Positions 26,190 through 40,660 of a stretch of 64,000 nucleotides of DNA are shown here, piece by piece. The stretch is from the human T2T-CHM13v2.0 reference genome, Homo sapiens. Each line of letters starts with the position of its first letter. The first letter of the stretch is position 1. The DNA lies in NCBI RefSeq assembly GCF_009914755.1, contig NC_060931.1. The stretch is one strand, 5' to 3'. The notes below the pieces were generated by a model, which saw only the letters and a list, made by a program, of their open reading frames with translations, ran no database searches and was not told the origin of the DNA. A program made the translations under genes and the position numbers.

Positions 26190-26733
26190 ACAAGGGAGAA
26201 AGCGCACTCGGAAACGGAAATCCCAGTTTTCAGTTCTTCGTGTATTCATCCAGTCTGTGCTGATCCCCTACCAGAGCAAAGCCCTGTGACAGTGACCTGC
26301 CCCTGCCCCTCTGTGGATGACAGTGTCCCCACCTGAAATGTGAGGGCGTCCCCACAGACCCTCTCTCAATGAGGCTTCCCTGGGCTGGGAGCTCTTGGGA
26401 AGACAGGGCAGTCTGGGGGAGGGGGCGGCAGCTCGGACCGTGCCAGGAGCCCAGGAACCCCCTGGCCTCCAGACTGAGACCCACGTTGCGGCAGAGAGAA
26501 CACAGAGGCCCACAGGGCTGCGGCAGAGTGTGGACAGTTAGGGCGAGGACAGCAGACTGGGCTGTGCGGACCCCAGGCCTTTGCCACAGCCGTTGGGGAT
26601 GGGACAGTGGTTGGGAGGCGTGAGCTGGGCTTTGCTTGAGATGCCTGGCAGCAGCTACGGGCCTTCCCTCTCTGTGTCTTTTCGTGTGGGGGTCCCTTTG
26701 CCGGAAACACCCTGTCCCCCAAGTTTGTCTGTT

Positions 26734-27301
<568 letters not shown>

Positions 27302-29334
27302 TAAAAGTCAGACAAGCTCTGCCCTGCTGGGTTTTGGATGTGAAATGCTGGGCAAGTCATCTTCTACCTCTGGCGTCCCTCTTTTATCTCTTATCTTTTA
27401 TCAGGACAGCTTCAAGTCCCTGCCCACATTTTATCTATAAAATGGGGAAAATAAGGCCCCTCAGGAGGGAAGCGTTCAGTGGGATGTGTAGACCGCCTGG
27501 CATCAAGTAGATACTCATTCGACCACCCTGGGTACTGCCCTGAGCATGGAGTGGGAACTCAGCAGTCTCCGGAACACCGATGCTGCATCCATGTTAGTTC
27601 TTTCCTTCCTCCCACAGATATCTGTCCTTCCATCCCAGCCCAAGTTCAGGCTCCTCCAGGCTCACCACAGCCTGGTGGGATCACCCCAGCCCCATAGCCT
27701 CCGGAGTCCTCGCCAGGCATGAAATCTCTGTCTTCTCTCTCGCTTCAGCCCCAGGCTGCAGACTCTGTGCTGTGAGCCTCAGAGCCCGGCAGGTGGGAGA
27801 CAGTGCATAAATGTTTGTTGGATGAGTAGATGGGACGCTTCCCAGCCCGGCCCACCTCAGAAGGCAGGTGGCAAGACAGATGGGCCCTGGCTCCTGTGCG
27901 GTCTGACGGTGGAGGCAGCCGCTCCGCTGAGTCTTCCTCAGGAACTTGGGGTGGGACGCATTGTTTCCGAGATCCCTTCTAGGGACATCCTTTTGTCACT
28001 CAGCGAGTTGAAGTTTCCCAGCTTCTAAAGCCCCTGCCCCTCCCCTCCACTTCCTGTGTTCAAGGCCTGGTCCCTAGAAGTTGCTTTTATCCAGGCAGTG
28101 ATTGAGAGTTTAGAAGGGGCTCTCTGGTATCCTGTGACCCTGGGTGACCTTGGCTGGACTCCTTCAGCACCAGGGAGAGAGGCCGGTGGCTGTGATAGGA
28201 GGCAGAGGCCTGTTGAAGGCAGCAGGGCCTGGGAGCCCATGGAGGTGAGCCCAGACCCTCTCTGCAAGCCCCTTCCCCTCCGTAGGTCTCGGTTTCCCTC
28301 TCTGGGGAGGGGGGGGCGATGTCCTTGCCAGCAGAGGTGCTGCTCAAGTGCAGGGCTGGCATCCCAGCGACTCGCCCAAGGCCACCTCGCCAATCCCCGC
28401 ACCCTGCGTGCCACTCCCCCAGCACTGCCGCACGCCCGGCTCCCCTCCCCCACCTCTCCAGGAGCAATTGTTTATCTGCCAGAGGGTGACAGGCGGCTGT
28501 GGCTGGCATGTTGAGCCGCCGTCCAGAGATCAGCTGGCGGCTGCTGAGCAAACAGCACGAGCTAATCAGCAAAAGGTCACGCCGGCTCCCCGAGCCCCCG
28601 CATTTGAAGTCATGCCTCACACGGGCGGGCTGGAAGGAACCTGGGACGTTGAGTTAGTGGCTCAGTGACCAGGTCAGCTTCAAGTCACAGCCCACAGCTC
28701 ATCGCCCAGTTGACCAGCCTACGCCTCTGAGGTTGCATCTTCTAGAGATTCCCCAGCCCCAAGGGAAACCCATCGCCTGTCTCCAGGTGGAACAAACCCT
28801 CTCACGACAGAGGCTCAGCCCCCAGCATGCGGAGGGGCCAGGCTTAACCACCCCAGCCCTGCCCGCTCCCCCTGCCCGGGACAGACTGTCCTTCAAAGCA
28901 GCAGTGCAGGGCTGGGCAGCATCCCCACCAGAGCTGTCCGTTCACCACCCCCCACACCACCTCTGACTTCAAGCCTACCGCCTTCCTCTAAATCCATTCA
29001 GTTTTTAAAAACTTAAATACATTTATTTAAAAGGGAAGATTTATAGCACTACTACAAATGGAAAACAAGCCTCTCTTGCCATAAATAGAATTCATAATCA
29101 TAAAAATAAATTCAGTGGAAACAAAACAATGTTATTAAATTCTAGTTGGATGCTGTAGCCCCGGGGGAGGCTCAGAGCCCAAGGCCTACTATTGCTTTAT
29201 TAAAAAGGGAGAGCAGTAAGTGTGCAGAGGTGTTCAAGACTCACCAACCCTGATCTGAGACTTTCTTCTTGTTGTAATCAAGAGTTTTAAAGTGAGAGTA
29301 ACTTTCTCATAAAATGATTCAGTAGTATTTTATG

Positions 29335-29620
29335 CTGTGTCAGCTAGGGACTGAATTTGGCTGCGCAAGACAAACCTAAACACTGCATGGTTGAACCCCA
29401 CGTGGGGGTCATTTTTCTTACGCAAAGACGGCAGCAGTGGAGCTGGTACACAGCCTAAGGGGGTTGTCAATGGTCCAGGTTCCTTGTAGCTTCCTGCTCT
29501 GCCACTGCGGACGTTTGTCCTCATGGCCTCAGGATGGCTGCCACACCTCTGGCCATCGTATCTGCATCCCAGGCAGGAAACTGGGAAGTGGGGTAGAGGT
29601 GAAGGAGAAGGGAATACACC
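29335..29620. mobile_element. Old MaLR LTR (MLT1J/K-like) fragment
   Basis: caggatggctgccacacctctggccatcgtatctgcatcccaggcaggaa motif. Confidence 0.45.
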
Positions 29621-32499
29621 AGCTAAGTCTGTTCCTTGTCATTAGGAAGGTAGCAGCCAACAGCCTGAGAAGGAAGCTTCTCAGCCAACGGCAGAGAAGA
29701 GCCGTTCTCTTGCCCACGGCAGTCACTGCTGCCTTTGGGTTGGTGCTTACTATATGTCTTATTCATTTGCCAAGTAGTTGTTTGGCACCTACTAGTTGCC
29801 AGGCAATAGACCTTGTCCTGGTGGTATTCACAAGGCTGCATGCTGGCATTTGTGAGATGAGCCACGGCCCACTGTGGGGCATCCCCCAGCCTGGGTTCTC
29901 CCTGCTTCCGCCTCCACCCCACACCTGGCTGCTTCTCCTCATAGGAGCCCGGCACAAGGGCACCCCCTGCCTCCATCCTGTCTCCCCTCTGCACACACCT
30001 GGGACTGCCCAAGCCCAGCCTGGATGGAGTCGCCCCGTGGGCCACCCTGGATGAGAAGGGAGCTATTCCTTTCCCCTCCCCAGCACCTGGGTCTCCTGCC
30101 CACTTCTGCCTCCCAGAAAGCCCCTTCCCCGCTGCAATCAGCCTCCTCCTGCAGGCAGGCCAGGCTGCAGGGATCCAGCTTCTGCTCCTAGATCTTCATT
30201 TGTCTTTTAATTTCCTCCTGTAATTTACATCCTGTGACTCCTGTAATTTACATCCTGTGACTCCTGTAACTTAATTAGCAGACAGAAGGCGTGGCTGCAG
30301 ATGCCCAGCCCCCTGCCTCTGGCCTCTCCCGCTGGGCAGGACCTGGAGATTCCCTCCTCCCCCTGGGTCAGGGCTCCTGAAGGCTGCCTCCGGCCCCAGT
30401 TTGCCCATCCCTGCCGCAGAGTTTGTCTTTCAGCCTGAGCTCTGGCCTCCTCCCTTCATAGACCCTACCCCCGACTTTGAACTCTGGCCTCTGACCCCTG
30501 GTCTCTGACCTGCTGTTTGGCACCCAGCAGGAGGGATCTGTCCCAGGCCCAGGTTTAACTGTGGGCGCCATTGCTCACCAGCTGTGCACACAGAGGCAAG
30601 TCATGTAACCTCTCTGTGCTCTTCCTCAGTGAGTTGGGGGTGAGGGTCTGTGAGTAAGTGAATGAGAAGCCAGGAGCCCTCTCAGCTGTGCCTGCTCCTC
30701 TTCCACGTGTTCCCATCCCCTGCTCACCCCAAGGTCCTGCCCACCCCAAGGTTCTGCCCACCCTGAGGTCCTACTACCCTGCAATCCAGCCTTGGCTTGA
30801 GCTAATTCCAGGTTTCCCTGCTGGTCCCACAGCCAGAGGGTCTAGGGTCATCGTGTTGTGTGCTGTGGAGGCCCCAGGGGCTCACACAGCATCTGGTGAG
30901 GTGACGGCCTGGGTAAATTCTGAAGCCCTCTTGGGGCCCTGGCATGTGCCCGGCGAGCCATCTGGGCAGGTGCCACTGAGTCTTTCTCCCCCATCCTCCC
31001 TCCAGAGCCTTAGCTGCCTTCCTTCCTGCCGCTGGACGTGGGCGTATGTCTGTGTGTGCGTGCGTGTTTGTGTGCCCCAGGCTGGCCCGGCTACATGCCT
31101 GCACAGGTGTGATCCCCAGGTCCCCTGCATGTGCAAGGATATCCACATTCTGCACACACAGGTGTAGGCATCCCTGTGCATACGTGTCACGTGATGACCC
31201 CTGGGGCTGCATGCGTGTCATAGCTGTCCCCTCCCCCTGCAAACTCAGCCCCAGTGACTCACAGCCAGGACTGCAGCCGCACTCCCCCAGCCTCACCCGG
31301 GAAACTGTGATTCCAGCAGCTAAAGTGGGTCAGAGAGCGTGCAGGGGAACTGGAGGGCCTGGGGAGGAGGCCAGCACCAAGGCCTGGCTTGACGGCAGCC
31401 ATGGAGGGGGAGGGGAGAGGAAGGAGAGTAGGGAGAAGAGGAGGATCTGCAGGGGCCAGGGCGCAGGCAGCCGGCATGGGGCATGGGAGCCAGAGGGAAA
31501 TTAGTAGACAGGGCTGCTGTTTTTTCATAGCAATGATTTGATCTGGAAAGATGTGGCCCAGAGCTCAAGGAGCTGCTTCTCTGCCAGAGCATGCAGGAGG
31601 GAGGAGGGGGAAAGGCGTGGAAGGAGAAGGACACATTTACTGAGCACCTTCTTGATGCAGCCTCTCCGTAACACCACAGCCCTGAGCGATAGGCATCAGT
31701 GGTGCCGCCGCACGCAGGAAATAGAGGCAGACAGGGGCCGTGCATCTGCCCAGAGCCGGAGCTCAGGAGAGCCACCCACACTCCAGTATCACAGCCTTGC
31801 TGTTCTCTGCATGGAGATCACAGGTACCTGGAGCAGCCCATGGGGCTCTCTGCCTGCCCTAGCTTAGGCTGCTCAGGACATTGGAGTATCCTGGCCTGGC
31901 CGCTTGCAGCATGGCCCTGAGATGCCATGAGCACCTCAGTGGGCCGCAGTTCCAGGCTTGCTCAGCTGACACGCTGAGACTCTGGGACACCCAGGAAGGG
32001 GCAGGTGGAGGTAGGCAGTGTGTCCAGTCTGCAGGCACATGCTACGGTCCTACTGTGTGCTCCACTCAGAGGAAGGTGCCGGGGGAGCTGGAGCCTTAGC
32101 TGTGCCCCTGGGAGCCCAGGCCTGGCTGGGGATGTGGTTCATGGGGGAGCCTGACCTTCCCAGAGAGGAACGGTGCATGCATGCAGACCTCAGAGAATCA
32201 GACAGATCAGAGTGGCCTTCTAGGAAAGAAGAGTGTGTGGAACTTAGAGGGGCACAGGGTGCTTTCGGGTATGAGAGATGGCAGAAACAGTGGCGTCTCC
32301 AACACACGTGGCATGTGCAGCATATAGGGATGGCCAGGGTGGGGCTGTGGTGCCAGGGTGGGCATGTCAGGGACAGGTCGCAGGGGAGGAGGAAGTTGTA
32401 GTCCTGCTTCTCCTCCCTTCCCCCTATGCGCAGAGTACCTCCAGATTGTGCCAGGCCCCCTCCCTTGTAATCTGCTCCTCTGAGCGAGAAGCCTCTCAT

Positions 32500-32830
32500 C
32501 TGTATTAGGTAGGACAAGCTGTTGACGAACGGTAGTTTAAATAAGATAGAAGTTTATTTCTCTTTCACAAACAGCCAGAAGTCAGTGGCCCAGGGCTGGT
32601 AGGGTGGCTCTGTCACCATCACCTGCAGTTTCCATGTCTGGAACCAAAGTGGCTGCTCCCGCTCCCACCATCACATCTGCATCCCAGCTGTCAAGGGGCA
32701 TGCATGCCCATTCCTTTTAAGGGAGTCGTTCACCAGTGGAACACTTCAACTCCACTCACGTCCCGTTGGCTAGAATGTGGTCCTACGTGCAAGGGAAGCT
32801 AGAAATGTAGTATTTAGGTGGGTCCAGCTT
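32500..32830. mobile_element. Old MaLR LTR (MLT1-like) fragment
   Basis: tgtattaggtagg...aataagatagaagtttatttctctttcac...aagggaagctagaaatgtag. Confidence 0.5.
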
Positions 32831-33648
32831 AAATTTGGAGTTCAATTAGTAAAGGAGGAAGAGGAGAATAGGGACCAACAAAAGGTCTTGGCCACTCATT
32901 CCTCTGGACACCCTGGGGCCGCAGTACCTTGTGGGAAGAAGGGAGAGTGGGTCACCCTCAGCGGGCCTGACTGGAGAATGGGAAGTAGCATTGGGGGTGA
33001 CTGACCTATCCACAGGCCCTCTCCTTGGTCCTGGCCGAAAGCCTTTCTTGCTAAAAGTTGAAATATGAGGAAATCATTAGCATGCTTTGAATGCAAAGGG
33101 TGCCCAGAGAGACACCGACCATGTAACTTAGTGTCCAAACCAGAGCACTTCTGAGAGTACAAAGAGGTGGCGTTTGCAGTGACATCGGGACAGTAGGGCG
33201 GACCAGGATGTGCGGTCACCCCACCTGGAGACTCTCCCATCTGTGTTCTGGCTGGGGAAGCTGAGGTCCTCGGTCACACTCAAGTTAATGATGGAGCCAC
33301 TCTAGGACTCCAGAAGGGCCCCCTCCCTGGCCGTGTTGGTTCAGATTGTTCAGATTCCCTCTCGCCCATTGATTGGTTTGTGGACCTCAGCTGTGACCTC
33401 TCTGGCATCCTATCCTGGACAGAAGGGTCTTGGGCCTCTGCCCTCATTTCTCTTCCTGAGAATCTCACCTCCGCGGAGCCACACTCCAGGGGTTCTTAGG
33501 ATGGGATGCACAGGAGGCTGGAAACGTGAGCTTCCTCTTTTTTTGCCCCCAAGAGTGTCTGGGACCAGCCCGGAGCTGTCCAGGGGCCTGAGTGCCTGAA
33601 TCACATCTGGGGTTGAATGAGTGCCTCCATCTCCACCCCCAGGGGTTA

Positions 33649-33984
33649 CCAACAGGGCCCCGCCCACCAACAGGACCCCGCCCACCAACAGGACCCAAGC
33701 CACCAACAGGGCCCCGCCCACCAACAGGGCCCCGCCCACCAACAGGACCCAAGCCACCAACAGGGCCCCGCCCACCAACAGGACCCAAGCCACCAACAGG
33801 GCCCCGCCCACCAACAGGACCCAAGCCACCAACAGGGCCCCGCCCACCAACAGGGCCCCGCCCACCAACAGGACCCAAGCCACCAACAGGGCCCCGCCCA
33901 CCAACAGGGCCCCGCCCACCAACAGGACCCAAGCCACCAACAGGGCCTCGCCCACCAACAGGGCCCCGCCCACCAACAGGACCG
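33649..33984. repeat. 18-bp VNTR, 18 full units plus a partial, two variants (ccaacagggccccgccca / ccaacaggacccaagcca)
   Basis: Unit order read from the translation (PTGPRP vs PTGPKP): AABAABABABAABAABAA. Confidence 0.97.
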
Positions 33985-34327
33985 GCTCTGGGCTAGGCAG
34001 CCCCGTCTAATTCCCGCTTCCGCAGACAGGGCCCTCTGGACACACCCACCCCTGGAGACCCCTGTGTCTTAGACATGGCCCTGTTGTTCCCCAAGCCTCC
34101 CAGCCCCCGCAGTGCCCTCCCTCCCTACCTCAACCGACAGAAGGAGGAGCCGAGTTTGGATGGGGCCACAGACTCTGATTCTGTGAGGACACTGCCCTTT
34201 CCAGATCTGTTGGCAGACCTTTGGCATCTTCTTGAAAACCAAAGACACAACAGGGCCCAGAGGAATCTCCCCAAATGGTGGGGTTCGAAGCACTGGGATC
34301 AGGCCAGGAGCAAATGGCTAGGAGGTG

Positions 34328-34594
34328 GGGGGCCTCCCCTACCATCACCTCTGCAAACCCTTCCCCACCATCACCTCTGCAAACCCTCCCCCAACACCGC
34401 CTCTGCAAACCCTAGCCCCAGCCACTGGCACTCAGGCAGGGGCCTCCCCCACCATCACCTCTGCAAACCCTCCCCCACCATCACCTCTGCAAGCTCCAGC
34501 CCCAGCCACTGGCACTCAGGTGGGGGCCTCCCCCACCATCACCTCTGCAAACCCTCCCCCACCATCTCCTCTGCAAACCCCAGCCCCAGCCACC
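34328..34594. repeat. Nested minisatellite (~26-bp ccaccatcacctctgcaaaccctccc subunits within ~84-110-bp blocks)
   Basis: Blocks start ggggcctcccc at about 34328, 34439 and 34522; the first two end ccccagccactggcactcagg. Confidence 0.9.
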
Positions 34595-36805
34595 CGGCAT
34601 TCCGTGTCCTGGGTTCCCCTTTCTCAGCCCAGAAATAAGACTCAGCTGACAGCATTCTGGCACAGTGTCCTTTGCGAGCCTGATGCTGCCTGGAGATGTC
34701 CCAGCCAGACACCTCTCCTTTTAAACCCCACCCTCTGCCCATTTTCCCTGTCCCAGGGAAGCCACTATCCTTGCACTCAGGCCCAGGCTGGATGGAGTCC
34801 ACGGCCTCTGCCCTTACTCCAGTGGGAAGACGAAGATGGGAACAGCCGGTGGGCAGACGTCTCCACAGTGGGCCCCAGGCTTCCTCTGCCTGCCCTTGAT
34901 TTTCCCAGAGGCCTGCTGGCTCACGCCTGCCAGGAGGCCCATACAGCTGCGGGCAAGGGGCAGCCAGCTATGCCCCAACAAGCCTCAGGAATGGGTCCCC
35001 AGCCTCCACCCAGGCACAGCAGAGAACACCGAGGCCATGAGCCAGGGAACCAGCGTGCAGGTTTGTGGCATGAATGAATGGAAAACCGCCTTCAATAACC
35101 GGGCCCCATCTAACCAGGCAGGTGGTAGACCAGATGGCTCTTTGCGCCAGCTTGTGTGCCAAGAACCTCAGCAGGTTGTGATGCCTTTCTGAGCTCCTTA
35201 AAAGCTCCTTCCTATTCCAGTGCATCTCAGGCCCTGGAGACCACCTCTCTCCCCTTCCGGTGGTGGGATCCCTTCCTCCCCCCAGCACCCCCCACCCCCC
35301 GCACCTAGTACTTGGATCTCTCTTCCACAGTGTAAGCTCTTACTTTTATTATGTAACATAGAACATCACTGTATTATCGTCTGAAGTAACGATTACTAAA
35401 TAGTGAGCATTAACTCAAACTCAGACCTTGCATGCTCCGCTGGTACAGAGGCAGCCCCACACCCATCCTGCCTGGGCCCAGGTCCCAGCTGTGTCCCTTA
35501 CCAACGTGTCCCTTGCACTCTCTCTGTGCCTCAGTTTCCTCTTCTGGAAAATGAGAATGATCAGAAGACTTTCCACGTCATGGTATTTCTATGTGTTTAA
35601 TAACATGTTTAAATAAACACGTGTCAGCACTTGCAAAATTAAACATTGGATAAAACCTGTCTGGCATTACTGTAATGAGCTCTCTCATCCCTGTGAGGTA
35701 GCTGAGAGGCACAGAAAGATTTAGCAACTTGCACTGGGGGAGGGAGAGCCGGTGGGAGGCAGTTACATGGCTGATCACTCACTCACCCTCCTCCTGGCTG
35801 CCCAACCAGGCCTGATGTTTTCAGGGAGCTACAGGGGTGTCACCTTGGAGAGGGATGACCTCACTGTGTAACTCAGGGAAAATCCCTTTCCCTCTCAGGG
35901 CCTAAGTGTGTGAGTGCAAGCTCTCAGGGGGCAGAGGCCAATATTGGGAGCGTCTCTTGATGTGACTCCAGGCACGCTGGAAGGCACACACAAGGCAGCG
36001 AACTTGCTGGACAGTGCATCTGCCCTGTGCCATGCCCTAGCGTGGCGTCTGGCACATAGTAGGTGCTTTAAACGCCTTGTCGGCTGGAAGAAGAACAGCT
36101 GGGGCCTTAAAGCCATCAGCCTGTGAGATGAAGGTTCAGCTTCTCACGGGCACCATTTGCATGCAGGGCATCGAGTTACGCACCTGCCAAGCCCACCACA
36201 CTCAGTCCATCGGGTGTTTCCTCAGTGCCCAGAGGAAGCCGGGCCTGTCAGGGTCGAGGAGGGTGTTCTGAGGGAGGGACTGCACCCAAAACCATCGCTC
36301 ACGATCTGCTGTCCAGGAGTTTTTGAAGCCAATCAGTACCCCTGCCCATGGCAGAGGGAGGTCCTGGAAGGGAACGAGAAGGCCCAAGCTCAAGTCTCCC
36401 TCGGTCCCCTGTGATTCTGTGACACTCCCTTCCCCTCTCTGGTCTTCAGTGATTGTATCTGTGCCATGGGAGCTTTTGTGTGACTCACTGCCAGAGGCCC
36501 CTGGCTTACGGCTCCCAGAACATTCTGGGGTGTGTACATCCCATCCTTTACTACAACAGGTGCGAAGTGGACGGTCTTCTGCGCAGCCCTGGGAATGGCT
36601 GACCTGGTCAGGGGCCCGGGTGGCCCAGGCCTGGTCCTTGGGACTAGAGAAACAGTGCTTAGACCAGACAGGTTGTCTAGCTGGAGAAGTGGGCACATTA
36701 ACAAGTACAGGTGCTTGGCCCTACCTAGACTTACCAAATCAGGACCCCAGAGTTACGTCTTGGAAGCCTCTTTTTCTAAAGTTCATGAGTCATCCTCACA
36801 GCTAG

Positions 36806-37126
<321 letters not shown>

Positions 37127-37357
37127 CAGGAGCCACTTTTTCAGTCCAACTTCCACTCCAGTACTTTAATACCGTCTCTGGTGTCCTGCCTCTCCTTGTA
37201 TACCTCCACTAATGGGGAGCTTAGTTTTATATGGCAGCCCATTGCTTTCTAAAACATTTTAAAATTGATTATAAAATATTTAAGATGTCTCAAATATCTA
37301 AGAAATCCCTTATAAATATTTTAAAGTTATAAAATATTTAATACAATCAATGACCTA

Positions 37358-37759
<402 letters not shown>

Positions 37760-37764
37760 TTTTT

Positions 37765-38290
37765 TTTCATAGTGGTCAAATATACATAAAATTCACCATC
37801 TTAAGCATTTCAGCACGCGGTTCAGTGGTGTTCAGTGGATTTGCGGTGTTGTGCGACAGACCTCCACAACGTTATCGTGACACATTTTGTATACTTTGAC
37901 CATATTTGTACAAACGCCTATGTAATACGCTTTTGCAGGCTCTGACGCTTTGGATATGGCGTGTGGTACAGCAGGTATCTTGGAGAGCTTGCTTGTTGGC
38001 TGGGAGGCGTATTTGTGAGTGGGATCCACTCTGTGCACATGGCTCTGTGGTTCCTTCTTTTTCACTGCTGCATAGTACTCCATCGGGCCCACGCCTCACA
38101 AGGTTCTGGTCCACTCTCTCATGGACATCTGGTGTCTGCCCTGTCACCATTATAAACAATGCTGTTATGAACATCTTTGGGCAGCTCTCCCAGCTTCTCC
38201 AGGGCTGTGCCCCGGCCTGGGGCTTGGGCTCGTGGGCCACGAGCATCTTTGCCTTGGTGAGATGTTGCCTAGTTGTTTTCCAGCACTGTG
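37765..38290 (-). mobile_element. L1 3'-end fragment (L1MB-like)
   Basis: aaatatacataaaattcaccatcttaagcattt... and ccattataaacaatgctgttatgaacat. Confidence 0.6.
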
Positions 38291-38604
38291 TACTGGGTCC
38301 TGCTGTCATTGTCAGGCATGGAGAAGTCTCTGGGAGGATGAGGAGTGGCCACATGCAGTGCCTGCACGGGGTTGGGGAGCCTTCTGCTATAGGCAGCTCT
38401 GCAAGTTGCAGTGCACCTGACGCCCCTGCCCTCAGCCAGACACCCCATCTCCTCCCACTTTTTTTTGGATGAGCTGACGTTGTGTCCCCTCCCATTGAGG
38501 CCACTCATTCACCCGGAAACATGCCCACGCTGACCTGTGAGCCACGTGGGATGTGGTTAGTCACAGGGGCTATGGGGCCAGGCTGCCTTGGCTTAGGCCC
38601 CGGC

Positions 38605-38772
38605 CCCACCACTTAGTTGCCGTGGGAACTCAGGCAAGTTCACGAACATGTCTGCCCCTCGTCTGTAAAATGGAAATAACAGCACAGACGTCACAGGGTT
38701 ACCATAAGTATCCAACATGTTAATATATGCAGAGTTTCTAGCACAGTGCCTGGCGCGTGGTAGGTGCAATGT
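38605..38772. mobile_element. MIR SINE
   Basis: caggcaagtt...tctgtaaaatggaaataacagc...tagcacagtgcctggcgcgtggtaggtgcaat. Many other MIR core fragments occur, at about 6065, 7565, 18400, 18580, 22780, 27430, 43510 and 50450. Confidence 0.75.
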
Positions 38773-40339
38773 CAGCATGAGCTTTTGTGATCTCCCTGGA
38801 GGTCTGAAACCAAACCCTTCATCGTGGCTAAGCAGTGCTGGGCAGAACCAGATCACCTCCTCTATTCTACCTAACAGATCTCTATTAAGTCAGCCCGCGT
38901 TGCCTTCTCAGGTGACCGTGTTTACCCTTGAACTTGCTCTTGGTCTTCCTGTTCCCTGAGGTGCCGTGCGGCCCCACCTCCCTGCTGGCTGGCTACGTGG
39001 GTGTGAGTTTTGCCCTGTGTGACTTGTGGAGATGAATTTGACCCTCAATCAGTCCAGCAGGAGGGAAGGCTTGGATCTTGGTCCTGGCCCTCCTGCAAAC
39101 TCTCAAATTTCGCCCAAACTGCTGCTCCCAGGTAGAACCAGGTGAGGACAGAGCTTGTGACCCCCACCCGGACCCCCTTTGGGGAACCCCCGCCCTTTGA
39201 GGGACTCAAGCATAAGTGATCACTGACCACAGCCTTGCCAGAGCCCGGGGCCCCATGAACGCGACTCCCCCCAGGGCCTGTCACAGAGGCCGGGTGTGTC
39301 TCACCTGATTCTTCTCCGTGGATTCGCAGGTTCACGGCCACCACTGCCCCTTCCTCAAGGTCAAGGTTACCTGTGCCTCACACCCACCTCCCGTCCTGCA
39401 CCCCTGGCACCCCTTTTGGCCTGTGTCAGCCTCTTTGCCAACTTCTGAGGGCATCATCATCTTCATCGCCTTACCTCACAATGGACACTGGCCCTGCCCT
39501 GATGTCAGGTGCTAGCCCCCTCCCCACCATGCCGGGCATGGCCCTGGCGAGGCCCCTGTGGGGAGGGGCACAGCCCAGGAGGCAGAACAAGGTGTCACAG
39601 CCCAGCCCTGCACCCCAGAGGGTGGTTCTGTCCCTGAGCAAGGTTGGGCTGGGGATCAAAAAGGGGTCTCCCAGAAGTGGGGCAGAGGCCAGGATTAGGG
39701 AGGGGAAGCAGGTGACCCTGAGACCCCAAAACCTGGTGGGTGCAGGCAGTTTGGCCCACAGCAGGGGCCAGGCACTGTCTTTAGGGAAGAAGGAACCCAG
39801 GGAATAGGCCGATGATTCCCAGAGGGAGGCTGCCCGGCCAGAATCCCGCCCACAGCTGGTGCTGGGGCTCCTGGCAGCTGGCGGGGGCCCTGGTGGTGTG
39901 GAGAGGAGAGGAGACAGTGGGACGGGACAGGGCGCAGGCGAGGCCGGTGACAGGTGCGTGTGTCTGCCAGGTCGGTGCAGCCTTAGAGAGGCGGGAGCGA
40001 GACAGACGGGAGGGAGGGAGGGCAGCAGGTGTGAGGCAGAGCGGGGGTGGGGTGGGAGCAGAACACAGGCCTCCCTCCCGGGCCGGCTGCCTCTCATTGA
40101 CTAAGTCACTCCTGAGAGGGTGCACTCACACCCCAGTTGGGTGGTTTCCAGTGTTGTCGGCTTCACCGAAAATGGAATGTCCTCTGGCTGCCCCAGCTGT
40201 CGGACGCCCGCCTGCTGTGAGGCAGTAATTAGACGCTCCTGTGTGTAACACATGTGTGCACGTCTGTGTGTGCACGTCGGGAAAGGGTGGGGCGGGGCAA
40301 GTGGTAGACCCATGGCTGGAGGGGCCAGAGAACATGCCC

Positions 40340-40660
40340 ACACATGCGCACACACACAGTACACATTCACACAAAAGTCACACTCAGACACACATAATAC
40401 ACACTCAAAATAACACACAGTACACACTCGCACAAAAATCACACACAAATACACACTCACACAAAAATCACACACAACACACCCTCGCACTCACAAATAC
40501 ACACGCACAAAAGTCACACAATACACAAAAATCACACACACATAGTACAGTCTTACCCCAAATCACACTCACACGCAAATACACAACTTGCGCAAAAATC
40601 ACACTCACACACAATACACACACACACAATACACACACAAAAATCACACTCATACACACG
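40340..40660. repeat. CA-rich degenerate minisatellite with recurring cacaaaa(a/g)tcacac
   Basis: Seen directly. Confidence 0.85.

Noticed and set aside
33410-34072. Collagen-like/PTGPRP and hydrophobic repeat ORFs; CRISPR-like appearance
   Set aside because: Product of a stop-free 18-bp VNTR. There are no unique spacers, no cas genes and no splice or codon evidence.
34325-35077. 250-aa Pro/Thr-rich mucin-like ORF
   Set aside because: The N-terminal half is the nested minisatellite; it has a GTG start and no exon signals.
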